DNA of 64,000 bases. It comes from Mobula hypostoma. Its lineage: Eukaryota. The notes under the pieces are model-generated. The model had not been told where the DNA came from. It saw only the letters and a program-made list of their open reading frames with translations, and did no database searches. Location: assembly GCF_963921235.1 (NCBI RefSeq), contig NC_086097.1:34164001-34228000 (forward strand), in the 5' to 3' direction. Positions within the stretch are counted from its first letter, which is position 1. Every line of letters starts with the position of its first letter. Below are positions 12,897 to 26,423 of this stretch, piece by piece. A program made the position numbers and the translations under genes.

Positions 12897-13998
12897 TTAC
12901 CATAGGAAAAAACCATAGAAACTACAGCACAGAAACAGGCCCTTTGGCCCTTCTTGGCTGTGCTAAACCATTTTCTGCCTAGTCCCACTGACCTGCACAC
13001 GGACCATATCCCTCCATACACCTCCCATCCATGTATCTGTCCAATTTATTCTTAAATGTTAAAAAAGAACCCGCATTTACCACCTCGTCCGGCAGCTCAT
13101 TCCATACTCCCACCACTCTCTGTGTGAAGAAGCCCCCCCCCAATGTTCCCTTTAAACTTTTCCCCCCTCACCCTTAACCCATGTCCTCTGTTTTTTTTCT
13201 CCCCTTGCCTCAGTGGAAAAAGCCTGCTTGCATTCACTCTATCTATACCCATCATAATTTTATATACCTCTATCAAATCTCCCCTCATTCTTCTACGCTC
13301 CAGGGAATAAAGTCCTAACCTATTCAACCTTTCTCTGTAACTGAGTTTCTCAAGTCCTGGCAACATCCTTGTAAACCTTCTCTGCACTCTTTCAACCTTA
13401 TTTATATCCTTCCTGTAATTTGGTGACCAAAACTGAACACAATACTCCAGATTCAGCCTCACCAATGCCTTATACAACCTCATCATAACATTCCAGCTCT
13501 TATACTCAATACTTTGATTAATAAAGGCCAATGTACCAAAAGCTCTCTTTACGACCCTATCTACTTGTGACACCACTTTTAGGGAATTTTGTATCTGTAT
13601 TCCCAGATCCCTCTGTTCCACTGCACTCTTCAGTGCCTTACCATTAACCCTGTATGTTCTGCATTGGTTTGTCCTTCCAACATGCAATACCTCACACTTG
13701 TCTGTATTAAACTCCATCTGCCATTTTTCAGCCCATTTTTCCAGCTGGTCCAAGTCCCTCTGCAGGCTCTGAAAACCTTCCTTGCTGTCTACTACACCTC
13801 CAATCTTTGTATCATCAGCAAATTTGCTGATCCAATTTACCACATTATTATCCAGATCATTGATATAGATGACAAATAACGATAGACCCATCACTGATCC
13901 CTGTGGCACACCACTAGTCACAGGCCTCCACTCAGAGAAGCAATTCTCTACCACCACTCTTTGGCTTCTTCCATTGAGCCAATGTCTAATCCAATTTA
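12897..13998 (-). mobile_element. Younger 5'-truncated CR1 nested in the outer CR1
   Basis: Unbroken 286-aa ORF 13097..13957 (GVPQGSV, FADDTK, KCEVLH); own 3' tail at 12897-12960. Confidence 0.92.
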
Positions 13999-16244
13999 TT
14001 CAGCCTTTTTGATTTCATCCACCGTATACATTGCAACTTATCCTGTGCAACCCCTATCATGGCCTCTCCTCTGTTTGTAAACCAGCTCTCTCATCTTCAA
14101 CACTATTATTCACCTTTCCTACGATACTTCTTGCACTGAAATATATGCAACTCAGGACACTAGTTGCACCATGCTCAACCTTTTGATTCCTAACTTTGTC
14201 TGAGATCTTATCAACATCTGCTCCATAATCTCTCCACTAACTGTTCTGGTACTCTGGTTCCCAGCTACTGCCATTCTGGCAGCACCCACCGTGCAGCATT
14301 AACAAACCTTCCCACTTGGATATTAGGCTCCTCCAGTTCAGGTGCAAACCGTCCCTTCTGTACATGTCCCACCTTCCCTGGAAGAGAGCCCAGTGATCCA
14401 TAAATCTTATGCTTTCCCTCCTACACCAACTCCTTAGCCCCATATTAAACTGTATAACCTTCCTAGTTCTGGCCTCACTAGCACATGGCATGGGTAGCAA
14501 TCTTGAGATCACAATCTTGAATGTCCTCCCCTTTAGCTTAGCATCTAACCCCCCTCCTGAAATCCCTATGTAGAACCTCATCACTTGTCTTACCCATGTA
14601 ATTGGTACCTACATGGACCACAACCTCTGGCTGTTCACCCTCCCACTGAGGACTTGATTTGAGGTATCTTGGACCTTGGCATCCAGGAGGCAACATAACA
14701 TCTGGGAATCTCGTTCTTGTTAACAGTCTGTCTGAACTGTCTATTCCCCTAACTAATGAGTCCCCTATCTCACAGCTCGCCTCTTCTCCCCCTTCCCTCC
14801 TGAATCACAGAGGCAGATTTAGTGCCAGAGACTCACCCATTGCAACTTTCCTCTGTTAGATCATCCCCCCCGACACTATCCAAAGTGATATACCTGTTGA
14901 GGGGATGCCCACAAGGGTACTCTGCGTTGGCTCCTTAATCCCTTTCCTCTTCCTGGTGACTGTCACCCAGTTTCCTGTGTCCTGCACCTTGGGTGTACCT
15001 GCCTCTCTCTATGTCTTTTCTATCACTCGCTCAGCCTCCCAAATGACGTGTGTTCATCCAGTTCCAGCTCCAACTCTTCAATGTGGTTAGAAGCTGCAGC
15101 CGGATACAATTCTCATAGTCGTAGTGGTCAGGGACACTGGAAGTCTCCCTGCCTTCCCACATCCCGCAAGAGGAGCATTTCACTATCCTGCCTGTCATCC
15201 TAACTGTCCTAGCTGAGCAGGTATAAAGAAGAGAACAAAAATAAATGAGCTTTTCTTTCCTTTGCTTTCTCTGAGTGAAGCCTCGCTTCGCGGTAGCCTC
15301 GAAGAGCTAAGACCTTAAGATCACCACTCTGGCTACATCCACTCCGCTGACGGCCACTGTGCTTGCCCTTGCCTTACTTAATTTTGCTCTTACTAATCTA
15401 TCCCAAACACTGGTCAAAGCTTTACTATGCTGCCACAACATGCTCCTGCCTTTTATTATTGGGCAGTGGACCAGATTGCAGTCCCCTCCTCTCCAAACTT
15501 CCAATCTTTGAATTGGCAGCTGGTCAAAGCTCTGTCAGAAAGCAGAACATAGAGAAAGTGCCGTGCAGATAGACAATAAGGCATAAGGGCCATGATGAGG
15601 TAGATTGATAGGACAAGAGTTTGTCTTTAATGTACAGGAAATCCTTTGGCAGGTACCATCTTGGCAGAATTCTGTCTGAGCCTTATTTGCAGACCTGAAG
15701 AAAGTAAAAACTGTTGCTGAATGGTGAAACTTAGCTTCCACCAGTTTTGTATTTTAAGATGTAGATTTACTGGCACTCAACACTTTACCTTCTGGGTGCT
15801 GACTCAAATAGCACGGCATGGAGAGAACTGAACGTTAGATACTGCCTAAAGACAATGAGAACAATTAAGGCATCATAATGTCTCTTTGAATAACATTGGA
15901 TTAACACAGAGACAGGTTGATGAAATTGTCCTGATGCCAGGAATTAAAATTACAGATGTAGAGTCCGTTTGTCAAAGTCAAATGTCAAGCGCATTGTCAT
16001 ATGCATGAGTATATGTATAGTATGCACAGTTGCAAAGAAAGACAGTATCATAGTATCATGATAGTGTATGGTTGAAGGAGTTCTTGTCTCACTCTGCTGA
16101 CCACGGTGTCATCATGTTTATTCACTGGGATATCTCTACATTTTCAAAGGCCAACCCTAATCATCGCCCTTTCTCTATTTCTTTAAAACCACCCAACACT
16201 CTAATATTTCCTGATTTGCTTTCAGCGTATCGCCCTTCATAAAT

Positions 16245-16808
16245 CTGAGCATCGAGCACAAGAGTATGGAAGTTACATTGAAGTTGTATAAGAAAGGCTT
16301 ATACAAGGCTTTGGAGCACTGTGTGCAGGAAAGATGTCAAAAAGCCTGAAAGAGAGCTGAGAAAATTTACGTGGATGTTGTCAAGACTTGAGGACCTGAG
16401 TTATAGGGAAAGGTTGAGTAGGTTAGGACTTTGTTCCCCAGAACATAGGAGAATGAGGGGAGATCTTAATAGAGGTGTAAATAGGGTAAATCATACAGGC
16501 TTTTTCCCCTGAGGCTGGGTGCGATTAGTGACAGAGGTCATGGGTTCAGCTGCAACACTCAAGGGGAACCTGTGAGGCAATTCTTCACCCTGAGGATGGC
16601 GCAAGTGTGGAAGGAGCTACCGGCAGAAGCGGTCAATGTGGGATCAATTGCAACATTTAAGAGAAGCTTGAATTGTTACTTGGATGAAAGGGATATGGGT
16701 TGCTATGGTCCGGGTGCAGTTACATTGGAATAAGCAGAATAACAGTTCGGCAAGCACTAGATAGGCTTAAGGGCTAGTTTCTGCATTGCAGTGCACTATG
16801 ACTCTAAG
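16245..16808 (+). mobile_element. Decayed CR1 3' fragment
   Basis: LSYRERLSRLGL..RRMRGDL; tail ctatgactcta. Confidence 0.8.
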
Positions 16809-17014
16809 AATTCGAGAAAACCCATCTGAAGTTCTCAGGGCATAATAAAATTTCTACCTGAGTGGAAGCTGTTGTTGGTTCCACCATAATTTTCAGCTGG
16901 AATGCTACTGCTTCAGGGTGTTCCTTTTGGTTCCTTTTAACCTCACAACAATCTGACATCCAGCGGGAATCATATTACAGAAGACACAAATATAAGAATC
17001 AGGAATATTTCAGT

Positions 17015-17371
17015 CAGTTTGTGGGGTAGAAGCCCATTTGGGAGATATGGATATTAAAACCTTGGTTGACACTCTGGTGTTGTAATCAGATAATGATGCA
17101 CTGTTCAAGTGTACTTTTTGTAGGGCACTTTATCCAAGACTCAGCCAGAATAAAGGACAATGCAGATGTTACCCATAGAATTTTGGCTAATTATACCTCA
17201 ACTAAAATCATAAAAAACATATAAATTTAAGTGTGGGTGTTATTGTACTGCGCCATGGGGGATATTGGTATATGTAGTTTTCAGTCACACTATGAATATT
17301 GCAACAGTGACAATACTTTGAAAGTGCTCTGGGACAGCTTGAAGCTGTGAGAGACACTAAATAAGTGCAAG
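17015..17371 (+). mobile_element. Very decayed Deu-domain SINE (SacSINE1/AmnSINE1-like)
   Basis: 3' end aaagtgctctgggacagcttgaagctgtgagagacactaaataagtgcaag and internal layout resemble the recalled consensus. Confidence 0.5.
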
Positions 17372-18719
17372 ACATTTCTGTTTTCCAATCAGACACATGG
17401 AGCTATCACGGCAGGATTAACCATGCCTTGTCTGATAACAATTGCCATGATCTTGGAACAATGTCACTGTGATTTGAACTGTGCAATATTCGGTATATAT
17501 AGATTCCTGGGATTGTAAAACAGAGAAGCAAACTCATCAATTCCATGCTGACTATCTAAAGCCCATTTACACAAATCCTACCCTAATCCCATTTTATTCA
17601 AGTCATAGGTCATGAAGTAATACATCATGGAAACAGACCCTTTGGCCCAACTTGAAGATGCAAAAACTTGCCACAGATGCAATGTTTACTCTAATTTTCT
17701 TTTTACAACTGCAGACACCAACCATTGAGCAGGAAGTTTTTACCCAGCCTGAAAACTCCGTGGCACTTATAAATAATAAACTGTGGGCCAGCTGGTTTAT
17801 TAACTGAGCTACTGACTTCCATTCTGTGTTTAATGTTGCAATTTGTAACTGTGTTGTGACTTGGAATACTGACAATATAAATACTTTGAAGCTCTAAAAT
17901 GTTTCAAAGTAAAGTTCATGGTACATTGGTTAATTAGATATTTTGGGATTATATTCATTAACATAGTTAATTACAGGGTATTTCACAATTATATTAACAT
18001 AGTTTCAATATATAATTCATATAATTTCAAAATTGTATTAGTATTCTACAAAAGAATATTCCATCTGCATGGCAACAAAGGCTATGTCTGTGGAAGCATT
18101 TAGGTTACTGTGTGGCCACACATTTGCGCAGCTTAGAGGGAAAGTGCACAGATCCCACCTGACCTGCCAAATAATTCCATCAGGTTTTTTGTTTGCATTT
18201 TAGAGTGACAGCATGTACAGTGATTTGGTTTTGAATACCCAGTTAAAAATTAACATTGCCAAAATTAGAGAATAAATCTTTAAGATGCCCTCGTGATACT
18301 CCTACGACTTCCATTTTAATGAAACCATTATAACAAATACCAGATTGAGAAACATCATAAAAAAAGATGAAAGAACCTATATTTACACAGCAATTCCATG
18401 TGTCCTGAGGGCAATCCGCAGCTTCTCATGAATGCAGAACATGCTTTTTGAATCATTTCAATGACAAAACATAACCAAAATATTAACGCTGATATGAAAG
18501 CATTGATGACTCCTAAGGTTCAAAATGGCCAATGCAGTTCAGTAATACACTTGAAGATTTTAATACACCTGTAAAGCAACATAGACAATTAATTGTATTA
18601 AAGGTGCAATACAAATGAAAGTTGTTTTGTTACTTGGAGACCAAAATACACAGTATTCTACATGGACTTAGTTATGTTCTATATTCAATATATTGTAGCT
18701 ACCTCCTTCTGCCTCCATT

Positions 18720-18995
18720 CAGACTCAAATCTTGCTATGGCAACCAATAAATTTAAATTCAAACAATTAAATAAAAATCTGAAATTCTAAAATAAATGTT
18801 AGTCTCAGTAACAGTATCCATTAAACTGCTGGATTGTCTTAATCAACCATGTGGTTCAATAAAACCCTTTAAAGAAAATTACGTGTTATCCGGAACTCTA
18901 GATCCACCCACACGGGTAACACTCCTCAGTTCATGAGCAATTGACGATGGACAGTAAATATTGGCCTTAAAAGCAATGTAGACATCCTATGGAAG
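18720..18995 (+). mobile_element. Decayed elasmobranch SINE with a LINE-derived tail
   Basis: Tail gcaattgacgatggacagtaaatattggcc resembles the 3' end of the LINE at 25095-26040; body resembles a recalled shark SINE. Confidence 0.55.
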
Positions 18996-19147
18996 ATCCA
19001 GGATCAAGCATCGTCAGAGACATTTACATGTACGTATTAAGAATTTGATGTGCTGTGTTAGCACAACATTAAACAAAGAATAACATACAACAATTATAGT
19101 GAATTATATCATAATTCATATACTGTAATTCATATGAATTATTCACC

Positions 19148-21205
19148 CAGCAATCTGAGACAGAGAAAGCTGAATTCATATGTATCAATATTACAGTGGA
19201 GTGAAGGGAATTACAGAGGCAAAAGCTGATTGGAAATAAACACTGGCAGGGATGATGGCAAAGCAGTCTTGACTGGAATTTCTTTGACCAATTCAGAAGG
19301 TGCAGGATATAAAGTTGAAGAAGTATTCTAAAGGCAGGATGACACAACCATGGCTGACAAGAGAAGCCAAAGCCAACATAAACGCCAAAGAGATGACATA
19401 TATTAGAGCAAAAATTAGTGGGAAGTCGAAGGATTGGAAGCTTTTAAAAACCAACAGAAGACAGCTAAGAAGTCATAAAGAAGGAAAAGATGGAATATGA
19501 AGGTAAGTCAGCCAATAATATTAAAGAGGATACCAACATTTTCTTCAGATACATAAAGTGCAAAAGAGAGGCACGAGTAGATATCAGACCACTGGAAAAT
19601 GATGTTAGAGAGGTAGTAATGGGGGACAAGGAAATGGTGTATGAACTGAATAAATATTTTGCATCAGTCTTCTCTGTGGAAGACATCAGCAATATGCCAG
19701 AAGTTTCAGCGTGTCAGGGGGTAGAAGTGTGTGAAGTTGCCATTAGTAGGGAGAAGGTTCTTGGGAAACGGAAAGATCTGAAGGTGGAAAAGTCACTTGG
19801 ACTAGATGATATACACCCTAAGATTCCAAAAAAAAGGTAGCTGAAGAGATTTTGGAGGATTAATAATGATCTTTAAAGAATCAATTGATTCTAGCATGGT
19901 TCTGGAGGAATGGAAAATTGCAAATGTTATTTCACTCTTCAAGGAGGGAGAGAGGCAGAAGAAAGGAAATTATAGCCCAGTTAGTCTGGCCTCAATGTTT
20001 GGGAAGATGCTGAAGTCGATTGTTAAGGATGTGGTTTCAGGGTACTTGGAGGCATGTTATAAAATAAGCTGTAGTCAGCATGGTTTCCTCAAGGAAATCT
20101 TTCCTGACAAATCTGTTGGAATTCTTTGAAGAAAACAACAGCAGAATACACAAAGGAGAATTGTTTGATGTTGTGTACTTGGATTTTCAGAAGGCCTTTG
20201 ACAAAGTGCCACACGTAAGGCTGCTTAACAAGCTATGCTCCCATGGTATTACAGAAAAGATACTAGCATGGATAAAGCAGTGGCTGATTGGCAGGAGCCA
20301 AAGAGTTGGAATAAAGGAAGCCTTTTCTGGTTAGCTGCCAGTGACTAGTGGTGTTCCACAGGGGTCTGTTTCGGGACCACGTCTCTTTACGTAATATGTC
20401 AATGACTTGGATGACAGAATTGATGATTTTGTGGCCAAGTTTGTCAACAATATGAAGTTAGGTAGAGGGGCAGGTAGTTTTAAGGAAGTAGAGATGGATT
20501 AGATGAATGGGCATAGAAGAGGCAGCTGGAATAGAGTGTCGGGAAGTGTATGGTCATGCACTTTGGTAGAAGAAATAAAAGGGTATACTATTTTCTAAAT
20601 GGAGAGAAAATTCAAAAATCGAAGGCATGAAGGGACTTGGGAATCTTTGTGCAGGATTCCCTAAAGATCAATTTCCAGGTTGAGTTGGTGGTAAGGAAGG
20701 TACATGCGATGTTAGCAGTCGATAGGATTGAGATATAAAAGTAAAATGTAATGTTGAGGCTTTATAAAGCACTGGTGAGGACACACCTGGAGTAGTGTGA
20801 GCAAGTTTGGTCCCCTTATCTAAGAAAAGATGAGCTGACATTGGAGAGGGTTCAAAGGAGATCATGAAAATGATTCCAGGATCCAAAGGCTTGTCATATG
20901 AAGAGCATTTGATGGCTCTAGGTCTGTATTTACTGAAGTTCAGAAGAATGAGGAGAGACCATTGAAACAATGAATATTGAAAGGTCTTGATAAAGTGAAT
21001 GTACAGAGGATGTTTCCTATAGTGGGGGAGTTAATGGCCAGAGGACACAGCCTCGGAATAGAGAGCCATCCTTTTAGAATGGAACTGAGGAGGAATTTCT
21101 TTAGCCAGGGAGTGGTGAATCTGTGGAATTCGTTGCCATGGGTTGCTGTGGAAGCTGAGTCATTGGGTATATTTAAGGCAGAGGTTGATAGAACCTTGAT
21201 TAGTT
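19148..21205 (+). mobile_element. CR1 ORF2 region, decayed, same family as the outer CR1 at 2.7-15.4 kb
   Basis: QPWLTRE, MEYEGKSANNIKED, YLDFQKAFDKVPH, RRNFFSQGVVNLWNSLP. Confidence 0.92.
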
Positions 21206-21221
21206 GACTAACAAAAGCAAG

Positions 21222-22480
21222 CATTCCATAAGCCGCTTAATCACCTTATCAACCTGTGTAATCACTATCAAGGAGCTATGAACTTGGACCTCAAAATCTC
21301 TCTGCTCAGCAACACTGTTAAGGATCTTGCCCTAAAAAGTGTACTGTCTCCTTGCATTTGCTCTACCAAGATGCAAAACCTAACATTTACCTTGGTTAAA
21401 CACCATCTGCTATTTATCTGCCCATATCTTCAACTGATCTATATTGTGCTGTATTCTTTGTCAGTCTTCTACACTATCCATAACTCCACCCATCTTGGTA
21501 TCTCCTGCTAACTTACTAACCCACCCTTCTACATTTTCATCCAGGGCATTTATATACATCACAAACAGCAGAGGTCCCAGCACAGATCCCTGTGGAACTC
21601 CACTAATTACAGACCTGCAGCTCAAGTAAGTCCATTCAACGATTACCCTCTGTCTTCTATGCACAAGCCACTTCTGAATCCCAACGGCCAATTTGCCACA
21701 GATGCCATTCATCTTAATCTCTCATGAGAGAGTTTGTCAAACAGCTTACTAAAATCCATGTAGACAACATCCACTGCCCTATCCTCACTCACTTTCTCTG
21801 CATCCAAGCAAATGTTCCCTCCTTTATCCTTGAGTAGTCCCACTCTCTCCCTAGTTATCATCTTTCTCTTGATACATGTATAGAATGTCTTGGGACTCAC
21901 CTTTATTCTACTTGCCGGGACATTTTATGATCCCTCCTGGTTTTCCCTGTTTCCTTCTTTGGTTCTTTTCTGGTTTCTTTATACTTATGTGCTTCATTTG
22001 ATCCTAACTTCTGAAGCTTTACAAACTTTCCCTTTTCCTTCATGACAAAATTCATCACCTCTCTGGACATCCAAGGTCCTTTTATCTTTGCACCCCCATC
22101 CTTCCTTTAAACAGGAACATACCCTTCTTATACTCTGTGCAGTTGATCTTCAAACACCCTCCACACGTCTGATGTGGACATGCCAGAGAAAAGGCGTTCC
22201 CAATTAACACTTCTTAGTTCTTGCTTAACGTCCTCCTAATTTGCCTTTCACGAATTTAAAGTTCTCCCACAAGGACCATACCTATCCTTTTCCATAGCTA
22301 CCCTGAAAATTAAGGAGTTGTCGCTTTTCCCTAACTATTCACCCACTGAACGGTCGGTCACCTGACCAGGCTCATTACCCAACACCGGGTCCAATACAGC
22401 CCCTCCTCTCATTTGACCATCCACAAATCGATTTAGGAAACCTTCCTGGATAGATGTAACAAATTCTGTCCCTTGCACTA
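21222..22480 (-). mobile_element. Decayed CR1 with internal deletions
   Basis: [26 protein letters not shown] fused directly to AVDVVYMDFSK. Confidence 0.82.
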
Positions 22481-22494
22481 AGAAAGCTAGAAGT

Positions 22495-22670
22495 TAAAAT
22501 GTGCAAAAATATATAAATACCAGCATGTATTGACAATGTAAGCAACATTATAAAAATTGGTTTACAGTGCAGTGCAGTAACTGAGGTCATAGATGGAGGG
22601 TGGGGTCTAACTAGAGTGGTTGATCAGATTAACTGTCTGGGGGAAGAAACTTTTAAGATGGCATGGTATT
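22495..22670 (-). mobile_element. Rex1-like 3' end
   Basis: Minus strand aaaagtttcttcccccagacagttaatctgatcaac (SFFPQTVNLIN) followed by UTR-like sequence. Confidence 0.55.
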
Positions 22671-22682
22671 TTTCTTTTAGTA

Positions 22683-23977
22683 GCCCTATAGAATGTGAAT
22701 TACATAGGACTATAAGTTTAATGAGTCATATCACCAAGATACTTCTAAGAATTTTGATGACAAGAGCTAAAAGTAAGATACAAGCTGAAATAGGCAAAGA
22801 GCAATGTGGTTTTTTGAAAGATAAAGATACAAGAAACAGAATATTAATGATAAGGATACTATCAGAACGAACTATTCAAGTGCAAAAAGATTTGTTTTTG
22901 TTTTATCGACTACACAAAAGCATTTGATAGAGTGAAGCACAATAAGTTATCTGAAATACTACAGAAAACTCTAGATCTAGATTTGAAAGATCTCCGCCTA
23001 ATCTGTACTGGGAACAAACTGCCACTGTAAGAATAGATGGAGAAGTGAGTCAGTTTACGAAAATCAAAAGAGGCATTAGACGAGGGTATGTTTTCTCCCC
23101 TGATTTATTTAATGTGTACAGTGAAACAATATTACAAAAAATAAGAGATCTTGGGAATCAAAGTCGGCAGTGAAAACATCAATAATTTCAGGTATGCAGA
23201 TGACACTGTTAATTGCAAGTACGGAGGAAGAACTACAAAACTTAATTGATGTAATTGTTGAAGAAAATGCAAAAATGGGTCTATCTATCAATTGCAAAAA
23301 GACAGAATTGTATGGTGATATCCAAAAATAAGGAGAATCCTATCTGCAGGCTGAGAATAAACGGGGAAGACATAAAACAAGTACAGAACTTCTGCTACTT
23401 AGGAAGCTGGGTGACATCAAATGGTAGGTGCGACTTGGACATTAAAAGAAGAATAGGGATGGCAAAAGACTCCTTTACGAGAATGAAGAGTATACTGACC
23501 AATACTAAACTAGGCATGACAACCCACCTCAGAGTACTGAAATGTTACGTTTATCCAGTTATGTTATATGGCTCAGAATGTTAGACAATATCTAGTAACA
23601 TGAGGAAATGAATTGTAGCAGCAGAGATGTGGTTTTTGAGGAAGATGCAAAGAATATCATGGATGAAATGAATATCTAACGAGGTTGTCATGAACAGAGC
23701 AAACACAAAAAGAGAAATAATGTATGAGATCATGAAAAGGCAATGCAACTTCATTGGACATGTGATTAGGAAAGAGGAGTTAGAATGCACGGTAATCATG
23801 GGAAAGATTGAAGGGAGGAAAGCAAGAGGAAGACAAAGACAAATGATGATGGAGACAGCAGCCAGAGAACCAGAAATGAATACCAATGAATTGTTCCACT
23901 TGACCCGAAACAGGAGTGTGTGGGCCATGGCAGTCAAAGCTCAAACTGAGCACGGCACCTGATGATGATGATGATGA
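22683..23977 (+). mobile_element. RTE-clade LINE, 5'-truncated, decayed
   Basis: HRTISLMSHITKILL, EQCGF, FCYLGS, RRIGMAK, PVMLYGSEC, IEGRKARGRQR; (TGA)n tail at 23960-23977. Confidence 0.9.
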
Positions 23978-25094
23978 TAGCATTTTCCAGAAGGAAACTT
24001 TTGGAAAAGGCAGCTTGCTGAGTGGGTAGTGCCCTAAATTTAAAAAATGTCATTAAATAATCTTTATCTAACTCTTGGCAATTGTAAGATTGTTTCAAAG
24101 CATCAGCTTTTTTTCCAGTGTGCATACCCATTTTAAAATCTCACCCCACCTGGCTGTGTGTCCTGGTGTATCTTCTGTATTTGTTTTATGCTTTTGGCTT
24201 TGCTCATTTCCTCAGCCAGGGCGTAAAAGTCCTTTGGAGATTATACATGAACTTTTGAGCTTGCTTAATGATTGCATTGATTTCTTTTGGGTAAATTGGT
24301 GTGAATACACCCATGGGTCACAGCATCTCACCACTGTGTTTCTTCTGTTTTGTTCTGCCAGGTTGAATGGTGCTTCCCTCAACTGATTAAACACGAAGAT
24401 TCTCACTTTTGCTTTTGCAATGTCGAATGTGATACAGAAGCATAAATTACCATTCCTGCACAAAAAAGGATATGAGCCAGGAATATTACTCCTTCATTAG
24501 TCTTCTGGCAACAAAATGCAAATCAAATTGAAGGATATACAGTTCAAGTCATGCTACAAATAAAGCTTTCTCTTTCAGAGCGTATAATGATCATTGCAGC
24601 AGCGTGATAGTTTACATTCTGAAATGGAGGCATAGATTTGTGAATTTTGGAGCTTCCAACAAGTGATTTATTTTGATCAGGTGTGAGTCAATAGAACCTG
24701 CTGCGACTTTAATAATGAAGCTACATGCTAGCTCTCAAATAGGCTTTAAGCGGCTCTTAGAGACCCTCCACAATAAGTGGCATACAACTAGTATGTAAGC
24801 CTCAGCACAGAAAATACACCTCATATGAAAGTAGGGTTTGTTTATAATATGCTCTGGTACATTGACATTGAAAAAGACTTTCAGATATTATTATTTTATA
24901 AACAAGGGCTTTATTCTTAATACTTGACTGTGATATATGCAGTGCAAATCATAGCTTGGCGTTTGCAATGATATTGCAAAGGCACAATCTCTACATCTGG
25001 GTCTCAAAATAAGTAGAAACAACATTCTCAGAACCACACTTAATGGGATAAATCCTTGCACAGATGGACAAAGGCAGAAGTGATTTACTACTTT

Positions 25095-26040
25095 TTTTTC
25101 TTATTCATTTTCAGGATCTAGGTATTGCTAGTTCAATATTTATTGCTCATCCCTAATGGCTTCTGAGAAAGTGATGGTGAACCACCAACTGAAATTGTAC
25201 AGTTCTTCTGGTGAAGGGATTTCTTCATTGGCATGAAGTCCCAGAAATGATGAAAGACACATCAGGGTGGTGTGCTGCGTGGTTTGCCTCCAAGTACTTA
25301 CTGTGTTCATCTTTCTAAGTATAAAAGGTCACAGATTTGGGAGGCAATGCCGGAGAAGCCTAGCCAAGTAACCTGAGGATGCTACACATTGCGGCCACAG
25401 TGTGTTGTTGACAGTGAGAATGAATGTTTGGGGTGGTGGACAGGTTACTAATTAAAGCAAACTAAATGATGGCAAGTTTCTTGAAACCGGTTGGTGCTGC
25501 ATCCGGCTAGGCAATTGGAGAGCGATCTCTCATCTCTTCTGGGCTCTTTTTGCAGATGGTTGAAAGACTTTTGAGTGTCAAGAGGTGAATCACACCTCAC
25601 TGGAAACATGGCCTCTGACCTTCTCATGTATTTATGTGGCTGGTCCGGTTGAGCTTCTGCAAGGACATTAATCACAGAGAAACTGATGGTGATAATACTG
25701 TCGAATGTCAAAGGTAAGTGAACAGACTCTCTCTGGTCATTCTTGGTACTTCTGTGACACCAGTATTAACTGCTTCTCATCAGTCCATGCCTTAATTTTT
25801 GCCTAGGGTTTGCCGCATTCAGGTGTGGGCTGACTCATTTACACAGGAACTGAGAATGAAGTCAAACATTTTGCAGTTATTGGTGTACATTCCTATTTCT
25901 AACCATTTGATGGGAGAAAGCTCATTGATGAAGCATTTAAGGGTGGCTAGACCGGGAAAGCTGTCCAGAGGAGCTCCATCAGTGAAGTTCTGTGGGCAAG
26001 ATGATTGATTGCTGGCAATTACAACCACCTTCCTTTACAA
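25095..26040 (-). mobile_element. Old CR1/L2-group LINE 3' part
   Basis: GAPLDSFPGLATLKCFINEL..GMYTNNCKMF is a decayed GVPQGS..FINDL..FADD; tail atttattgctcatccctaat. Confidence 0.7.
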
Positions 26041-26074
26041 GATGCATGACCCAACCACCTGTTCTGCGACATTT

Positions 26075-26423
26075 TACTCCCCCTCCTCAGCGCCGAGGCT
26101 GTGCCGTGCTCTGGTTACTCCAGCTTAGTGGCGGTGAGATTCACCGCTGTGTGACGAACTGAGACAACTGAGAGTGAGGCCATAGGTCAGCTCCAGCTCC
26201 TCTGGGCCTTGGGTTTACGGACTCAATTTCATTCTGAGTGCTGATATTTGCTTTATTGTTTGCATGATTCGTTTTTTTTTCCCTCTCTCTACATATTGGG
26301 TGTTGGTCTTTTTTAAAATTGGTTCTTTTGGGTTTCTTGCTTCGTGGCTGCCTGTAAGCAGACAAGTCTCAAGGTTGTATAATTTATACATACTTTGATA
26401 ATAAATACAAACTGAACTTTTGA
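26075..26423 (+). mobile_element. Non-coding SINE-like element with a GC-rich head and Rex1-type tail
   Basis: Tail ctcaaggttgtat..tactttgataataaa..gaactttga is shared with 29025-29320(-), 41925-42010(+), 52510-52710(+) and 55470-55660(-). Confidence 0.6.

Larger units (their letters stand above)
2686..15360 (-). mobile_element. Full-length decayed CR1 LINE (about 4.2 kb own sequence) split by nested insertions; segments ~2686-3250, 3911-5148, 11226-11673, 12306-12895, 13999-15360
   Basis: 3' tail at 2686-2770; RT motifs (FSDDMKIG, NFQKAFDK, KSPGPDGVHPRVLKE); endonuclease (GNFNMQVDW, AILDWVLCNE, EPLGES-DHNMIEF); ORF1 esterase (FMDHWALFQGRWDMYRRDGLHLNWR); ORF1 N-terminus MTGRIVKCSSCGMWE at ~15198. 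Segments rejoin across the inserts. Confidence 0.88.

Noticed and set aside
18108..18146. gcgcagcttagagggaa, resembling a hAT-Tip100-type TIR
   Set aside because: Only one end seen; no partner TIR or TSD
19148..21205. Inverted pair with the 2.7-11.7 kb CR1 as a functional dsRNA structure
   Set aside because: Copies are diverged and far apart; expected at this repeat density
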